Shown: positions 49,749 through 60,000, counted from the stretch's first letter. The stretch: 64,000 bases of DNA from Dehalococcoidia bacterium (GCA_040882355.1 JBBEBM010000029.1:62001-126000); one strand, 5' to 3'. Notes: generated by a model from the sequence alone, not told the origin. Numbers and translations are program-made.

Positions 49749-50882
49749 TCAGCGCGCCGCGGCGTCGGCGGAGAGGCGGCGCACACGAGGGAGGAGTTCT
49801 TCGCCGATGACGTAGCACTCTTCGAGGTGGGGGTAGCCGGAGAGGATGAAGGTATCGAGGCCGAGGTCGACGTACTCGCGGATGCGCTCGGCGACTTGGT
49901 CGTAGCTGCCGACGAGCGCGGTGCCGGCGCCCCGGCGCACCAGGCCGATGCCGGACCAGAGGTTTGGTGAGACGGTGAGCGCGTCGCGGTCCAGGCGGCC
50001 TTTGTGCAGCTCCGCCATGCGCTTCTGGCCGACCGACTCGGTCTGCGCGAAGCGCTGCTGCGCGCGCTCGATCTGGTCCGGCGCCATCGAGTCGAGCAGG
50101 TGGTCTGTCACGGCCCAGGCGTCCTCCTCGCGCTCGCGGGCGATGACGTGGAAGCGGATGCCGAAGCGCAGCGAGCGGCCTTCGTCGGCGGCCAGCTTGC
50201 GCATTCGCGCGACACGCTCTGCCACCCACTCCGGCGGCTCGCCCCAGAGGAGGTAGACGTCGGCATGGCGGGCCGCGACCCGCTCCGCCGCCGGCGACGC
50301 CCCGCCGAAGTAGATGGGCGGCATTGGCGGCGGGCCTTCGTGGCCGAACGGCGTCTTGAGGCCGCCGCCGTGGACAGGATAGAAGGTCCCGTCGTGGTCG
50401 AAGGGCGGCTGCCAGCACTTGCGCAGTACCGAGAGGAACTCGTCGGTGCGCTCGTATCGGGCGTCGTGGTCGAGGAAGTCGCCGAAGCTCTGCTGCTCGT
50501 CGGCGTCGCCGCCGGTGACGATGTTGACGAGCGCGCGCCCGTTCGAGATGCGCTGCATCGTCGCCGCCATCTGCGCGGCCAGCGTCGGCAAGATGAGCCC
50601 GGGCCGGAAGGCGACGAGGAAGCGCAGGCGCTCCGTATCGGCGGCGAGCGCGGCTGCGATCAGCCACGGGTCCTCGCACTGCGAGCCGGTTGGCGTGAGC
50701 ACGCCGGCGAAGCCGAGGCGGTCGGCCGCCTTCGCGATGAGGCGCAGGTAGTCGATGTCGGCGCGGCGTCCCTGCACGTCGTTCTTGGCCGACCCATCGG
50801 CCGCAAAGAAGTCGACGATCGATCGGCCGTCGCCCCACGTCGGGAGGAACCAGTGCATCTCGAGCTGCGCGCCGTTCGTCAT
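49749..50882 (-). CDS. SsuD-like LLM flavin monooxygenase
   Basis: HWFLPTWGD, CEDPW, LVAFRPG, NIVTGG, SGYPHLEE. Confidence 0.88.
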   Translation of the reverse strand: MTNGAQLEMHWFLPTWGDGRSIVDFFAADGSAKNDVQGRRADIDYLRLIAKAADRLGFAGVLTPTGSQCEDPWLIAAALAADTERLRFLVAFRPGLILPTLAAQMAATMQRISNGRALVNIVTGGDADEQQSFGDFLDHDARYERTDEFLSVLRKCWQPPFDHDGTFYPVHGGGLKTPFGHEGPPPMPPIYFGGASPAAERVAARHADVYLLWGEPPEWVAERVARMRKLAADEGRSLRFGIRFHVIAREREEDAWAVTDHLLDSMAPDQIERAQQRFAQTESVGQKRMAELHKGRLDRDALTVSPNLWSGIGLVRRGAGTALVGSYDQVAERIREYVDLGLDTFILSGYPHLEECYVIGEELLPRVRRLSADAAAR

Positions 50883-50955
50883 CGTCGTCCTCGCTTCTGT
50901 GTGGTTCGTTGCCACCGGGGCGCCTCCACCATCATACAAGTAAGCCGATCGGAAG

Positions 50956-52137
50956 ATGCTTCGCACACGCGAAGACGACGATACTGAGAGCGGGATGACA
51001 ATGAACGGCGATACCGGGCGGTACAAGGACCGCGAACGGCTCGACTCGCGCTCGGCCATGGCGTCTGAGGTGATCCACGGCCTGAACCTACCGCAGGCGC
51101 CGACTCCGAGAACGGGACCGCCGGTGCTCCTGGGACTCGCGTTCCTGGCGTATCTCGGCGTGTTCTTCGGCCTGCTGCTCACGTCGCCGTTTAGCGAGCT
51201 CACCCTCACGGCGGTCACGGATCTGCTGGGGATTGCGCCACCCTTCGTCGCGTGCGCCCTGTCGGTCAACGCGGAACGGAGGTCCGCCGGTCAGGTCCGC
51301 GTGGCGTGGCGCTGTATCGCAGTGGGCTGTTTCGCGTGGGGCCTCGGCGAAGTGATCTGGACGGTGTATGAGGTTGGCCTGGACCGCCAGCCGTTTCCAT
51401 CGATGGCGGATGCCGGATACCTGGCGATGCTCCCGCTGATGGCCGTGGGTGTACTGCTCCTCTCGTCGCGACGCCGTAGCCTAACCGACATCACCCCCAA
51501 CTTCGATGGCATTGCCCTGGTGCTGACGCTCGCCGCCTTCCTGTGGTTCTTCGTCCTGCACCCGACGTACACGGAGAGCGGGGCGACCTTTCAGGAGAAG
51601 GCGATCGGCGGGGCCTATCCGATCGGCGACGTTGTGCTCGCCTATTGGGTGCTCGTGGCGATCCGCCGTCAGTGGGGATTTCGAGAGGGCGCCGTCCTCT
51701 CGGTTCTGCTCGGGGGCATGCTGGCGCTGATCGCGGCGGACGTGGGCTTCGCCTATCAGACGTTGGAAGGCACCTACGCGACGTCCTCGATCGTGAACCT
51801 AGCGTGGCCCGCTGGGTTCCTGCTCATCGGTTACGCGGCGGCGCTCAGCGGCGGCTGGGGCCTTGCATATGCGGAAGCCGAGCCTGGTGAGCCGCGCTTC
51901 TGGAGCGAGCTCCTGCCGCTTGGCCTCCTCCCACCGATGGGTTTGATCGGGCTGCTCGCCCTCCGCAACGAAGGATTGATGATCAGCGTGCCCTTGCTCG
52001 TGATGTTAGGTGTGGCGAGTGTCGCGGTCGTGGCGCGCCTCGCGCTCGACCTCGGGCTGGCGGAGGAGCTGGACGAGTCGCGCCAGCGCCTATCGTTCTG
52101 GATGGGCGGCGACGAGGAGCACGACCGGGCCGCCTAG
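50956..52137 (+). CDS. Multi-TM membrane protein resembling a sensor input region
   Basis: AWR..WGLGE, PFPSMADAGYL, AYPIGD; about 10 hydrophobic segments; start uncertain. Confidence 0.7.
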   Translation: MLRTREDDDTESGMTMNGDTGRYKDRERLDSRSAMASEVIHGLNLPQAPTPRTGPPVLLGLAFLAYLGVFFGLLLTSPFSELTLTAVTDLLGIAPPFVACALSVNAERRSAGQVRVAWRCIAVGCFAWGLGEVIWTVYEVGLDRQPFPSMADAGYLAMLPLMAVGVLLLSSRRRSLTDITPNFDGIALVLTLAAFLWFFVLHPTYTESGATFQEKAIGGAYPIGDVVLAYWVLVAIRRQWGFREGAVLSVLLGGMLALIAADVGFAYQTLEGTYATSSIVNLAWPAGFLLIGYAAALSGGWGLAYAEAEPGEPRFWSELLPLGLLPPMGLIGLLALRNEGLMISVPLLVMLGVASVAVVARLALDLGLAEELDESRQRLSFWMGGDEEHDRAA

Positions 52138-52493
52138 CGGGCGTCGAGCTGCGCGACGAGCACCTTCGGCGCGACGGCGCGATACGCATCTTCGCCGATG
52201 CCGGCGATCTCGTCCCAGTCGACCGGCATGTCCAACCACACGCCCAGCCAGCCACGGTAACCGACGTAGGGCGGAACGAAGTAGCGCTCGGGCGCTGCCT
52301 GAACGAGGACGTCCTGCGCGCCCGCGGGAGCGGCACACCAGAAGGCAAGCCTATCGTCGTGGTGGTGGTCCGCGTACATCACGAAGGTCTTGGCGCGCAC
52401 GAACCAGGCGGGCTCGCCGTGGCTCAGCCGTTCGGTGGTCTCAGGGAACGACAGGCAAAGCCGGCGCAGCCTGGTCAGCGGGGCGTTCGCCAT
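52134..52493 (-). CDS. MmcQ/YjbR family protein
   Basis: CLSFPET, SHGEP, PPYVGYRGWLG, AYR. Confidence 0.85.
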   Translation of the reverse strand: MANAPLTRLRRLCLSFPETTERLSHGEPAWFVRAKTFVMYADHHHDDRLAFWCAAPAGAQDVLVQAAPERYFVPPYVGYRGWLGVWLDMPVDWDEIAGIGEDAYRAVAPKVLVAQLDAR

Positions 52494-52519
52494 GCCGTGA
52501 GCGCACGAGGTTGCTGGCG

Positions 52520-52828
52520 CTAACCCACCTTCTGCTTCTCGAGCGTTCCGTCAAACCACTCGGGATCGGCAACGAGATACGAGCGCAGCTCCTCGTACCA
52601 GGCGGTCTGGTCAGGATCGTTGGAGTTGGCGTCGTACGTGGCTTTGTCGGCGAAGCAGGCGACGGCCATGAACTCGTCGGGGTCGTTGACGTTGGAGCTG
52701 AGCTCGCCGCGGACGAACCCCCTTGCCACCGGCCGCCTGTCGCGGAACCAGCGGTCGAACAGGTCGATGATGCGCTGGCGCTCGCCGGGCTTGGCCTTCA
52801 TCTTGAAGTGCGTTACGTGAGGTGCCAT
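52520..52828 (-). CDS. ABM-like dimeric alpha/beta barrel protein
   Basis: KAKPGE...NDP..YEELR...PEWFDG; GAGGAG RBS. Confidence 0.65.
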   Translation of the reverse strand: MAPHVTHFKMKAKPGERQRIIDLFDRWFRDRRPVARGFVRGELSSNVNDPDEFMAVACFADKATYDANSNDPDQTAWYEELRSYLVADPEWFDGTLEKQKVG

Positions 52829-53084
52829 TCGAACTCCTCTTCTCTGGGCCTGAGCATGGGCCCACCATGCACGGTGGAGCTGGCGGCAGCCTGATGCTCC
52901 CGCTGTCCTGGCGTATGGTAGCTCGTGTTCATGTTGACAGGCCAGAGCATCGTGAGGCGGCACGCCGAACCGCAGTGCAAGGAGACGGACGCATGTGAGC
53001 GGCGGAGTAGGACGAAGGCGCGGTCGCCGGGATGGCCGGCCGCTTCTGGGCAGGCCCGGTCCTCACGCGGTATCATGCTCGACG

Positions 53085-53465
53085 ATGCCAGACGAACCGA
53101 CGGTGCTCAACGACCTCACGCCTGAAGAGCGGAGCGTGATCGAGTTCAAGGGCACCGAGCCGCCGTTCACGGGCGAATACGATGACCTCTTCGAGCCCGG
53201 CACGTATGTTTGCCGGCGCTGCAACGCGCCCCTGTATCGCTCCGGCGACAAGTTCGACGCGCATTGCGGCTGGCCAGCATTCGACGACGAGATCGAGGGC
53301 GCTGTCCACCGCCTGCCCGACCCAGACGGCATGCGCATAGAGATCGAGTGCGCCAACTGCGGCGGGCACCTGGGGCACGTCTTCCTCGGCGAGGGCTTCA
53401 CGCCTAAGAACACGCGCCACTGCGTGAACTCGCTCTCGATGAAGTTCGTCCCGGGCGAGGCGTGA
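53085..53465 (+). CDS. msrB: Methionine-R-sulfoxide reductase
   Basis: GTEPPF, CGWPAF, HLGHVF, RHCVNS. Confidence 0.95.
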   Translation: MPDEPTVLNDLTPEERSVIEFKGTEPPFTGEYDDLFEPGTYVCRRCNAPLYRSGDKFDAHCGWPAFDDEIEGAVHRLPDPDGMRIEIECANCGGHLGHVFLGEGFTPKNTRHCVNSLSMKFVPGEA

Positions 53466-53781
53466 CAGCGGCGTCCGGCGTTCCAGATTCGCTGCCAGAT
53501 TTTACAGACGTTTAAGAATCTTCGCACAGGCCGATAACGGTCACGCGCGATACTACAGTCAACCTCTTACCACAGGCGAAACGCAGTAAGAACCGCGAGC
53601 ATGGCTCCCCCACTCGCGGTTCTTGCTATCTGGAACCCGCCCATGGCATGTTCGCCGGCACCTCCCCGATGGCGCCGCGCGTGGCCCCGGCCTTGAGATT
53701 GGGCCCGGCAGTGGTACCCGCGTCGGGCGCGGTCGTTGGGACGATGGTGAGAACCAGCACCGACGACATGGTTGCAGGCCC

Positions 53782-55311
53782 CTACGCCCGCACGCGCTGG
53801 CGGTACTGCACGGCCTCCGCCAGGTGCGGCGAGCAGATGCGCTCCGAGCCAGCCATGTCGGCGATGGTGCGGGCGAGCTTGAGCACGCGGTGGAACGCCC
53901 GCGCCGAGAGCGAAAGCTGGGTCATGGCCAGGCGGAGGAGCGCCTGCGCCTGCTCGTCGAGCGCGGACTGGCAGAAGCGCCGCACTTCGCTCGGCGTCAT
54001 CTCGGCGTTGCAGACGAACCGGCTTTCGACGAAGCGCGCCGATTGCACGACCCGCGAGCGCTGGACGCGTTCGCGGACCGCCGACGACGGCTCGCCGAGC
54101 GTGTTCGCCGCGAGCTTTTCGTAATCGACGCGGGGCACGTCGATGAAGATGTCGATGCGGTCGAGGAGCGGGCCGGAGATGCGCTTCTGGTAGCGCGTGA
54201 CGGACGATTCGGAACAGGTGCAGTCGCGGGTGGAGTCGCCGCGGTAGCCGCACTGGCACGGGTTCATCGAGCTGACCATCATGAAGTTCGCCGGGAAGGT
54301 GACGGTGCCCTGCGCCCTCGAGATCGTGACCACCCTGTCTTCGAGCGGCTGGCGCAGGACCTCGAGCACCTGCGGGCCAAACTCCGGCAGCTCGTCCAGG
54401 AAGAGGACGCCGCGATGGCTCAGGCTGATCTCGCCCGGCCGCGGGTTGCGGCCGCCTCCCACGAGACCCGCGTGGCTGATCGTGTGGTGGGGAGCGCGGA
54501 AGGGACGCTGGGTGATCAGCGGCGTCTCCGAGGGGAGCAGGCCGCTGACGCTGTAGATCTTCGTCACCTCCAGCGCCTCGTTGGACGACATCGGCGGCAG
54601 GATCGAGGGCAGAGCGCGCGCGAGTAGGGTCTTGCCGGCGCCCGGCGGCCCGGTCATGAGGACGTTGTGGCCGCCGCTCGCGGCGACCTCCAGCGCGCGC
54701 TTGACGTGCTCCTGGCCGCGCACCTCGGCGAAGTCGGTGCCCTCCCAGAAGTGCTCCGCGGGCGGCGGAAGGTTGTCGCGGGAGAACTCGGCGATCGGCT
54801 CCGTCTCGCTGAGGTGCGCGACGAGCTGGGCGAGGCTGCGCACGGGGAGGATGCGCACGCGGTCGATGAGCGCGGCTTCGCCAGCGTCCGGCTCAGGCAC
54901 GTAGGCGGTGGCGATGCCGCGCTGTTGCGCGAGGCCGACCATCGGCAGGACGCCGTGCGCGTGACGGACGGCGCCATCGAGGGCGAGCTCGCCCAAAAAG
55001 ACCGCGCCCTCCACCTCGCCGACGACCTGCTGCGACGCGATCAGCACGCCGACGGCGATCGGCAGGTCATAGGATGGGCCCTCCTTGCGCAGATCGGCCG
55101 GTGCAAGGTTGACGGTGATGCGCTTGAGCGGAAAGTTGAAGCCGGAGTTCTTGATCGCGGAGCGGACGCGCTCCTTCGCCTCCTGGACCGCTGCGTCGGG
55201 CAGGCCGACGATCTGGAAGTTGACGTTGCCGTAGGCGACGTCGACCTCCACCTCGATCAGCTCGCCGTCGAGGCCGACCACTGCACAGGAAAGAACCTTC
55301 GCGAGGGGCAT
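53782..55311 (-). CDS. comM: YifB/ComM Mg-chelatase-like ATPase
   Basis: VGLPD, NLAPA, GPPGAGKT, FLDELPEF, SGPLLDRID, ARTIAD. Confidence 0.92.
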   Translation of the reverse strand: MPLAKVLSCAVVGLDGELIEVEVDVAYGNVNFQIVGLPDAAVQEAKERVRSAIKNSGFNFPLKRITVNLAPADLRKEGPSYDLPIAVGVLIASQQVVGEVEGAVFLGELALDGAVRHAHGVLPMVGLAQQRGIATAYVPEPDAGEAALIDRVRILPVRSLAQLVAHLSETEPIAEFSRDNLPPPAEHFWEGTDFAEVRGQEHVKRALEVAASGGHNVLMTGPPGAGKTLLARALPSILPPMSSNEALEVTKIYSVSGLLPSETPLITQRPFRAPHHTISHAGLVGGGRNPRPGEISLSHRGVLFLDELPEFGPQVLEVLRQPLEDRVVTISRAQGTVTFPANFMMVSSMNPCQCGYRGDSTRDCTCSESSVTRYQKRISGPLLDRIDIFIDVPRVDYEKLAANTLGEPSSAVRERVQRSRVVQSARFVESRFVCNAEMTPSEVRRFCQSALDEQAQALLRLAMTQLSLSARAFHRVLKLARTIADMAGSERICSPHLAEAVQYRQRVRA

Positions 55312-55500
55312 CCGTCCTCCGGTTCAGACTAGTGATCGCCCGGGCCTGGTCGATACCTGCAAGGGCCTGCTGTCACATCTTTGTTTTGCAAAATCGCCTT
55401 CTTCTGTCTATGCCAATGCTCAGTTGCGAATCGCTCGACTTGGGCCGCGCCTCTGTTATGCCACATGGAACGCCTGTTCTGCAAGGGCAGCACTATAAGG

Positions 55501-56169
55501 TCATTTCGGGAGCCGGGGCGTGTAGGTGACTGACACCATCTGGAAACCCGAGGGAAGGTCATCGTCTCCGAACAACGGCACGGGCGGGCCGCTGAGCTCG
55601 AACGCGTTGCCGATTGGAGGAAGGCGGTCGATCGTGGCCACCATGCGCAGAGCGTCCTTGTTGTGGAGCAGGCGGCCCGAGATCTCTCCTTCGAAGTAGA
55701 TCGCGAAGTCGTCGTTGGCCAGTTGGGATGACGCGGCCACCTCGTCCGATGTCCCGATCGAGAACAGCGGACCGTCGGATGCCAGGTTCCCGACGCCATC
55801 GCCGGCGCTGAAGCGGATCCCTTCCGCTTCCAGCACCATGCTGACGATCTCCAGGTCGAGATGATTGCGATGGCGCTCGTCGGCCGGGTCGGCCCGCTGG
55901 GCATCCGAGCGGAAGACGGTCGTCGGGCCGCGCACGTCTACCGTGAGATCGGCGACGCCGTCCATGGTGAGGTCCACACCAACGACCGCGACCGCATCGA
56001 ACGTCACCGTGCCCGACGTCACCTCATCGATCCAATGAGGGCCGGGACCGAAGAGCGGGAACCCGGTCGTCACCGGAATGCTGGGGTCAGCAGACGAGCT
56101 GTCCCTGCATCCCGCGAGCATCCCGGCCGCCATGACCGCGCAAACAACCATCATGCGACGCGCGTCCAT
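55501..56169 (-). CDS. Hypothetical lipoprotein
   Basis: MLAGC lipobox. Confidence 0.6.
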   Translation of the reverse strand: MDARRMMVVCAVMAAGMLAGCRDSSSADPSIPVTTGFPLFGPGPHWIDEVTSGTVTFDAVAVVGVDLTMDGVADLTVDVRGPTTVFRSDAQRADPADERHRNHLDLEIVSMVLEAEGIRFSAGDGVGNLASDGPLFSIGTSDEVAASSQLANDDFAIYFEGEISGRLLHNKDALRMVATIDRLPPIGNAFELSGPPVPLFGDDDLPSGFQMVSVTYTPRLPK

Positions 56170-56350
56170 TTGTGTCTACCGCCTGTCATCGCCTATCGAG
56201 CGTGCGCTCCTGATGTGCCCTGCTGCAAGCGGACGTGCCGCCAGAACGGGCGGTGTGAGTATGCGCGAACGACCGCGAGGGGCGCAAGCGCTCGTTCGAT
56301 GCGAGCGCCGCCACACGGGCATCGAACAAGGGTACGAGGCGCTGCGCGGT

Positions 56351-56749
56351 TCAGACGGTGACGGGCCGCAGCGCCGTAACCGGCGGGTGCGCGAACTCGA
56401 TGAGCAGCGCGTGATCGCGCAGCTCGAAGCGCGTGACGGTTTCGGGGCTGTCGGCGTCGCCCTTCCACTGGATCGTAACCCGGTCGTCGGTGTCCAGCTT
56501 GGAAAGCGCCCACCTGACGACCTCACTGGCGGCCTCCAGGTGGAGGGGAGGCCACGCTTCGCCGACCTCCCGAATCGCGCGCGCCAGCCTGGGCCGGCCG
56601 AACTTCTCGTTGAGGTCCTCGACGATGCTGACGACATCGTCGCCAGCCTGCAGGCGCTGATAGATCTCGTGTCCGTCGTTGAGAATAAGCGGGGTCTGGA
56701 AGATGGCGTTCAGCAGTTCCATCGACTCAAGGCATCCGGGGACGGCCAT
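56351..56749 (-). CDS. Hypothetical protein
   Basis: AAAGGAGG RBS; coding-like composition. Confidence 0.6.
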   Translation of the reverse strand: MAVPGCLESMELLNAIFQTPLILNDGHEIYQRLQAGDDVVSIVEDLNEKFGRPRLARAIREVGEAWPPLHLEAASEVVRWALSKLDTDDRVTIQWKGDADSPETVTRFELRDHALLIEFAHPPVTALRPVTV

Positions 56750-56946
56750 GGAAGACTACCTCCTTTGCGCCGGTCGACATCCGGTGCTCGCGCCAGTAAC
56801 GGACTAGCGTCGGAAGCCGGCGCTGCTACAATGTGCTGCTAGGTGGTTGGTAGTTGCCCCAGGGCCCTGGAGACTATTACGGGACCCCCCTGCTTAGGCA
56901 TTCTCGGGCTTGACAGCGAGTCGCACATGTGTAGGACGACACATTT

Positions 56947-59805
56947 ATGACGACCTCGACGCGGACTGGCCAACGGCTAGCCACTGCGGCCGAGCCATTC
57001 CTCGGCAGGCGGCGGGAGCTCGCGACTCTTGCACGTCTACTCGAAGGCGTCGACGACAGGGCAGCTTCGGTCTTCATCGAAGGCGAGGCGGGCGTCGGCA
57101 AGACGAGTTTGCTCACAGCGTTCCTACAGACGGTCGAGCAGCGCGGGGCCGAGGTCAAACTGGCCTCGTGCTATCCCGTGGAGCAGGCAGCGGCCTACGC
57201 TCCTTTCGTTGAGCTGTACCCGGCCGTCTTTCGCGCCGGTGGCGATAACGCGAACACCGCGGCCGACCTGGGCGCGGACGCCGCGGCGCGGCGGGCGCAC
57301 TACGTCCACGGGCTGGCGGAGGCGATCCTGGCGAGCCTGGGTGACGCGCCGGGGGTCATGTGCGTCGAGGACGTTCACTGGGCGGACATCGGGTCGCTGC
57401 TCCTGCTCAACCAGCTCCTGGACAGCCGCCGGGCCGGTCTGATGCTGGTCTGCACCGGCCGGCCTGAGACCACCACATCGATCGAGCGGCACGAGCTAAT
57501 CGCACGATTGCAGCAGCGCAGTCTCCTCACGGAGCTTTCCGGCCTGGGTCCCGCCGAGGTCGAGGAGCTGTTCCGTCAGATCGCGAGCCCGGGCCTGGCG
57601 ACGCAGGAGGAGGTAGAGGCGCTGACCGAGTTCACGAACGGGAATCCGCTGCTGTTGAAGGAGTCGCTCGGCCAGCTTCAAAAGGGCGGCCTGCTCACAG
57701 CGCACTCGTTGCGCGAGGCGATCCGGCGCGGCCGGACTCCGCTCCGGCTGGCGGAAGCGATCGACTGGCGCCTGGACAGCCTCTCGCAGCAGACGCGCGA
57801 GATGATAGGAGCCGGCGCGGTGCTGGGCGCAGAGTTCGAGACCGACGTTCTCGCCCGCGCGGCAGGCCTGCCCGCGCGCGACGTCGAGGACGAGATCGCG
57901 ACCTGCCAGGAGGAAGGACTGCTTTCGGGCGACGGCACCCGGTTCCGGTTCGTGCATCCCTCATTCGCCGCGCGCGTATACGAACGCCTCAAGCCGTCGG
58001 AGCGGCGTCACCTCCACGCCAGGGCCGCGGCGGTGCTCGCCGCCTCTTCGGCGCCGGTACCTATCGCGGAGCTGGCGCGCCACCTTGCGCTAGGCGCCGC
58101 AGGGACCGACCGCAAGAAAGCGGTCAAGCTCTGCTTCCAGACTGCTGAGGAAGCAGAGGCGATGTTCGCTTACGAGACGGCAGCGCAGTACTGGGAGCTG
58201 GCGTTGCGTTGCGTTGGGCGAGCGAAGACGCTGCGCGCGGACATCGACCGGCGGCTGGGCTGGGCGCTCTGGTCGGCGCGAAATTGGGAGCGCGCAGCAC
58301 TCGTCTGGAAAGAGGCGGTCGCTCTCTACGAGGAGTTGGGAGACAGGGCACACGCCGGTGAGCTCGCGCTGGCGCTGGGCGACGTGTATCGCTGGCGCCA
58401 GGAGCTGGCGGAATCGGAGCGATGGCTGACGCGGGCGCTAGCCGCCCTGAACGAGCCAGGCGTCTCCCGCGCGCGGGCGCTGGCACTTCTGGGGGGCATC
58501 GCTTGCCTCAGACGGGACTACGAGCGCGGCATAGCGTTCCTGAGGGACGCCCTGCATGATGGGAGCGGCGCCGCGATCGACCCGCTGGTCGGGTACTGGG
58601 CGTCCTACGGCTACTATCTGAGCGGCGACGTCGCAGCATCGCATGAGGTTGCGGAGCAGGCGCTGCAAGAGGCCCTGGACCAGAAGCACAGCCGCGGGAC
58701 GGCGCTCCTCGCGGGCAGCCTGTTCCAGTACGAGCTGTTCAACCTCCGACCAACGCGCGCGCGCGCATACTTCCGACTGATGGAGGATGCGTCGCCGGAG
58801 ACGGACGCGACGGCGTTCACCTACGTCTTCGTAAGCCGCTCCCTGCTGGACGGTTACGCCGGCCGGTGGCGATCGATCATCAAGGGCGCGAACGACTGGC
58901 AGGCGCGCGTCCGGCTGGCGGGCGGCTATCAGGCCGCAACGGCGCGACTCCTCTGGTCGGTCGCCCAGCTACATCTTGGCGACGCGGCGACGGCGCGAGA
59001 AGGACTGCTGAGCGCGAGCGACGCCCTGGAGCGCATGACCCCGCTCGCCTGGCTCTACCTGGCGATCGCCGAGCTGCGGCTGGACCGCGCCGACGAAGCG
59101 GCCTCGTTGGTGGAGCGATACCTGCGCGCGAACCGCGGCCGGCCTCGGTCGGCGGACGATGGCGCCCTCTTCGCGGATGCGGTCGCGGGCCTGGAGCGAC
59201 GGGACTGGTGGCAGCTTGGCTACGAGTTCTTGAATGACGAGAAGGCCCATCTCTCCGGGCCCTACGCGCCGATCTCCGTGCAGCGCGTGCTCGGCCGTCT
59301 CGCGACCAAGCTGGGCCTGTGGGCTGAGGCAGCGACTCACTTCGAGAAGGCGATCTCAGCGCTGTCCGCGGGGAAGGCCAAGTGGGAGCTATCGCAGAGC
59401 CTGCTCGACTACGCGGCCATGCGCCGCGCCCGGAGGCGTCGAGGAGACCTGAACAAGGCAACGTCACTCCAGTTCCGGGCCGCCGAGATCCTCGGTGACC
59501 TGCGCATCCCGATGACGGCGGCGATCCCGCAGGCCGGAGGCGACCCCTTCGGGCTGACGGGACGCGAGCGCGAGGTTCTCGACTTACTGGCGCGGGCCTA
59601 CCGGAACCAGGAGATCGCAGAGGCGTTCACGATCAGCCCGGGCACCGTCAGGCGGCACATCGAGAACATCCTGGGGAAGATGGGCGCCACCAACCGCACG
59701 GATGCCGTAGTGCTCGGCATGCGCGCCGGCCTGATTGGCCCCACGCCCGGCGCCGACGGGCAGGGAACCGAGGCCTCGGCGGAGGATCGTCGTCTGGCCG
59801 GGTAG
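56947..59805 (+). CDS. Large ATP-binding LuxR-family (LAL) regulator
   Basis: GEAGVGKT, VEDVHWAD, GNPL, LTGREREVL..NQEIA..RHIENILGK. Confidence 0.92.
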   Translation: MTTSTRTGQRLATAAEPFLGRRRELATLARLLEGVDDRAASVFIEGEAGVGKTSLLTAFLQTVEQRGAEVKLASCYPVEQAAAYAPFVELYPAVFRAGGDNANTAADLGADAAARRAHYVHGLAEAILASLGDAPGVMCVEDVHWADIGSLLLLNQLLDSRRAGLMLVCTGRPETTTSIERHELIARLQQRSLLTELSGLGPAEVEELFRQIASPGLATQEEVEALTEFTNGNPLLLKESLGQLQKGGLLTAHSLREAIRRGRTPLRLAEAIDWRLDSLSQQTREMIGAGAVLGAEFETDVLARAAGLPARDVEDEIATCQEEGLLSGDGTRFRFVHPSFAARVYERLKPSERRHLHARAAAVLAASSAPVPIAELARHLALGAAGTDRKKAVKLCFQTAEEAEAMFAYETAAQYWELALRCVGRAKTLRADIDRRLGWALWSARNWERAALVWKEAVALYEELGDRAHAGELALALGDVYRWRQELAESERWLTRALAALNEPGVSRARALALLGGIACLRRDYERGIAFLRDALHDGSGAAIDPLVGYWASYGYYLSGDVAASHEVAEQALQEALDQKHSRGTALLAGSLFQYELFNLRPTRARAYFRLMEDASPETDATAFTYVFVSRSLLDGYAGRWRSIIKGANDWQARVRLAGGYQAATARLLWSVAQLHLGDAATAREGLLSASDALERMTPLAWLYLAIAELRLDRADEAASLVERYLRANRGRPRSADDGALFADAVAGLERRDWWQLGYEFLNDEKAHLSGPYAPISVQRVLGRLATKLGLWAEAATHFEKAISALSAGKAKWELSQSLLDYAAMRRARRRRGDLNKATSLQFRAAEILGDLRIPMTAAIPQAGGDPFGLTGREREVLDLLARAYRNQEIAEAFTISPGTVRRHIENILGKMGATNRTDAVVLGMRAGLIGPTPGADGQGTEASAEDRRLAG

Positions 59806-60000
59806 CGGCGTCCCCAGCTCTCGCCCGCACCCCGTGGACAAAGTGAGGCCGTGCGCAGTGGCGGCTACGCACGGCCTGCACAGGGGGGTCCCTGTGCATT
59901 TGCACTGTAGCGATGAAGGGCCAGGAATGGCAAGGGGGGCCTTCCCCTAGTGGCGAACGCTTGGGGTCAGGACCGGCGCGTGTATACTGCCACCTGGACT

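Noticed and set aside
53555..53600. c-di-GMP-I riboswitch
   Set aside because: Only a superficial GAAA hairpin; the consensus is not matched and there is no downstream gene on that strand.
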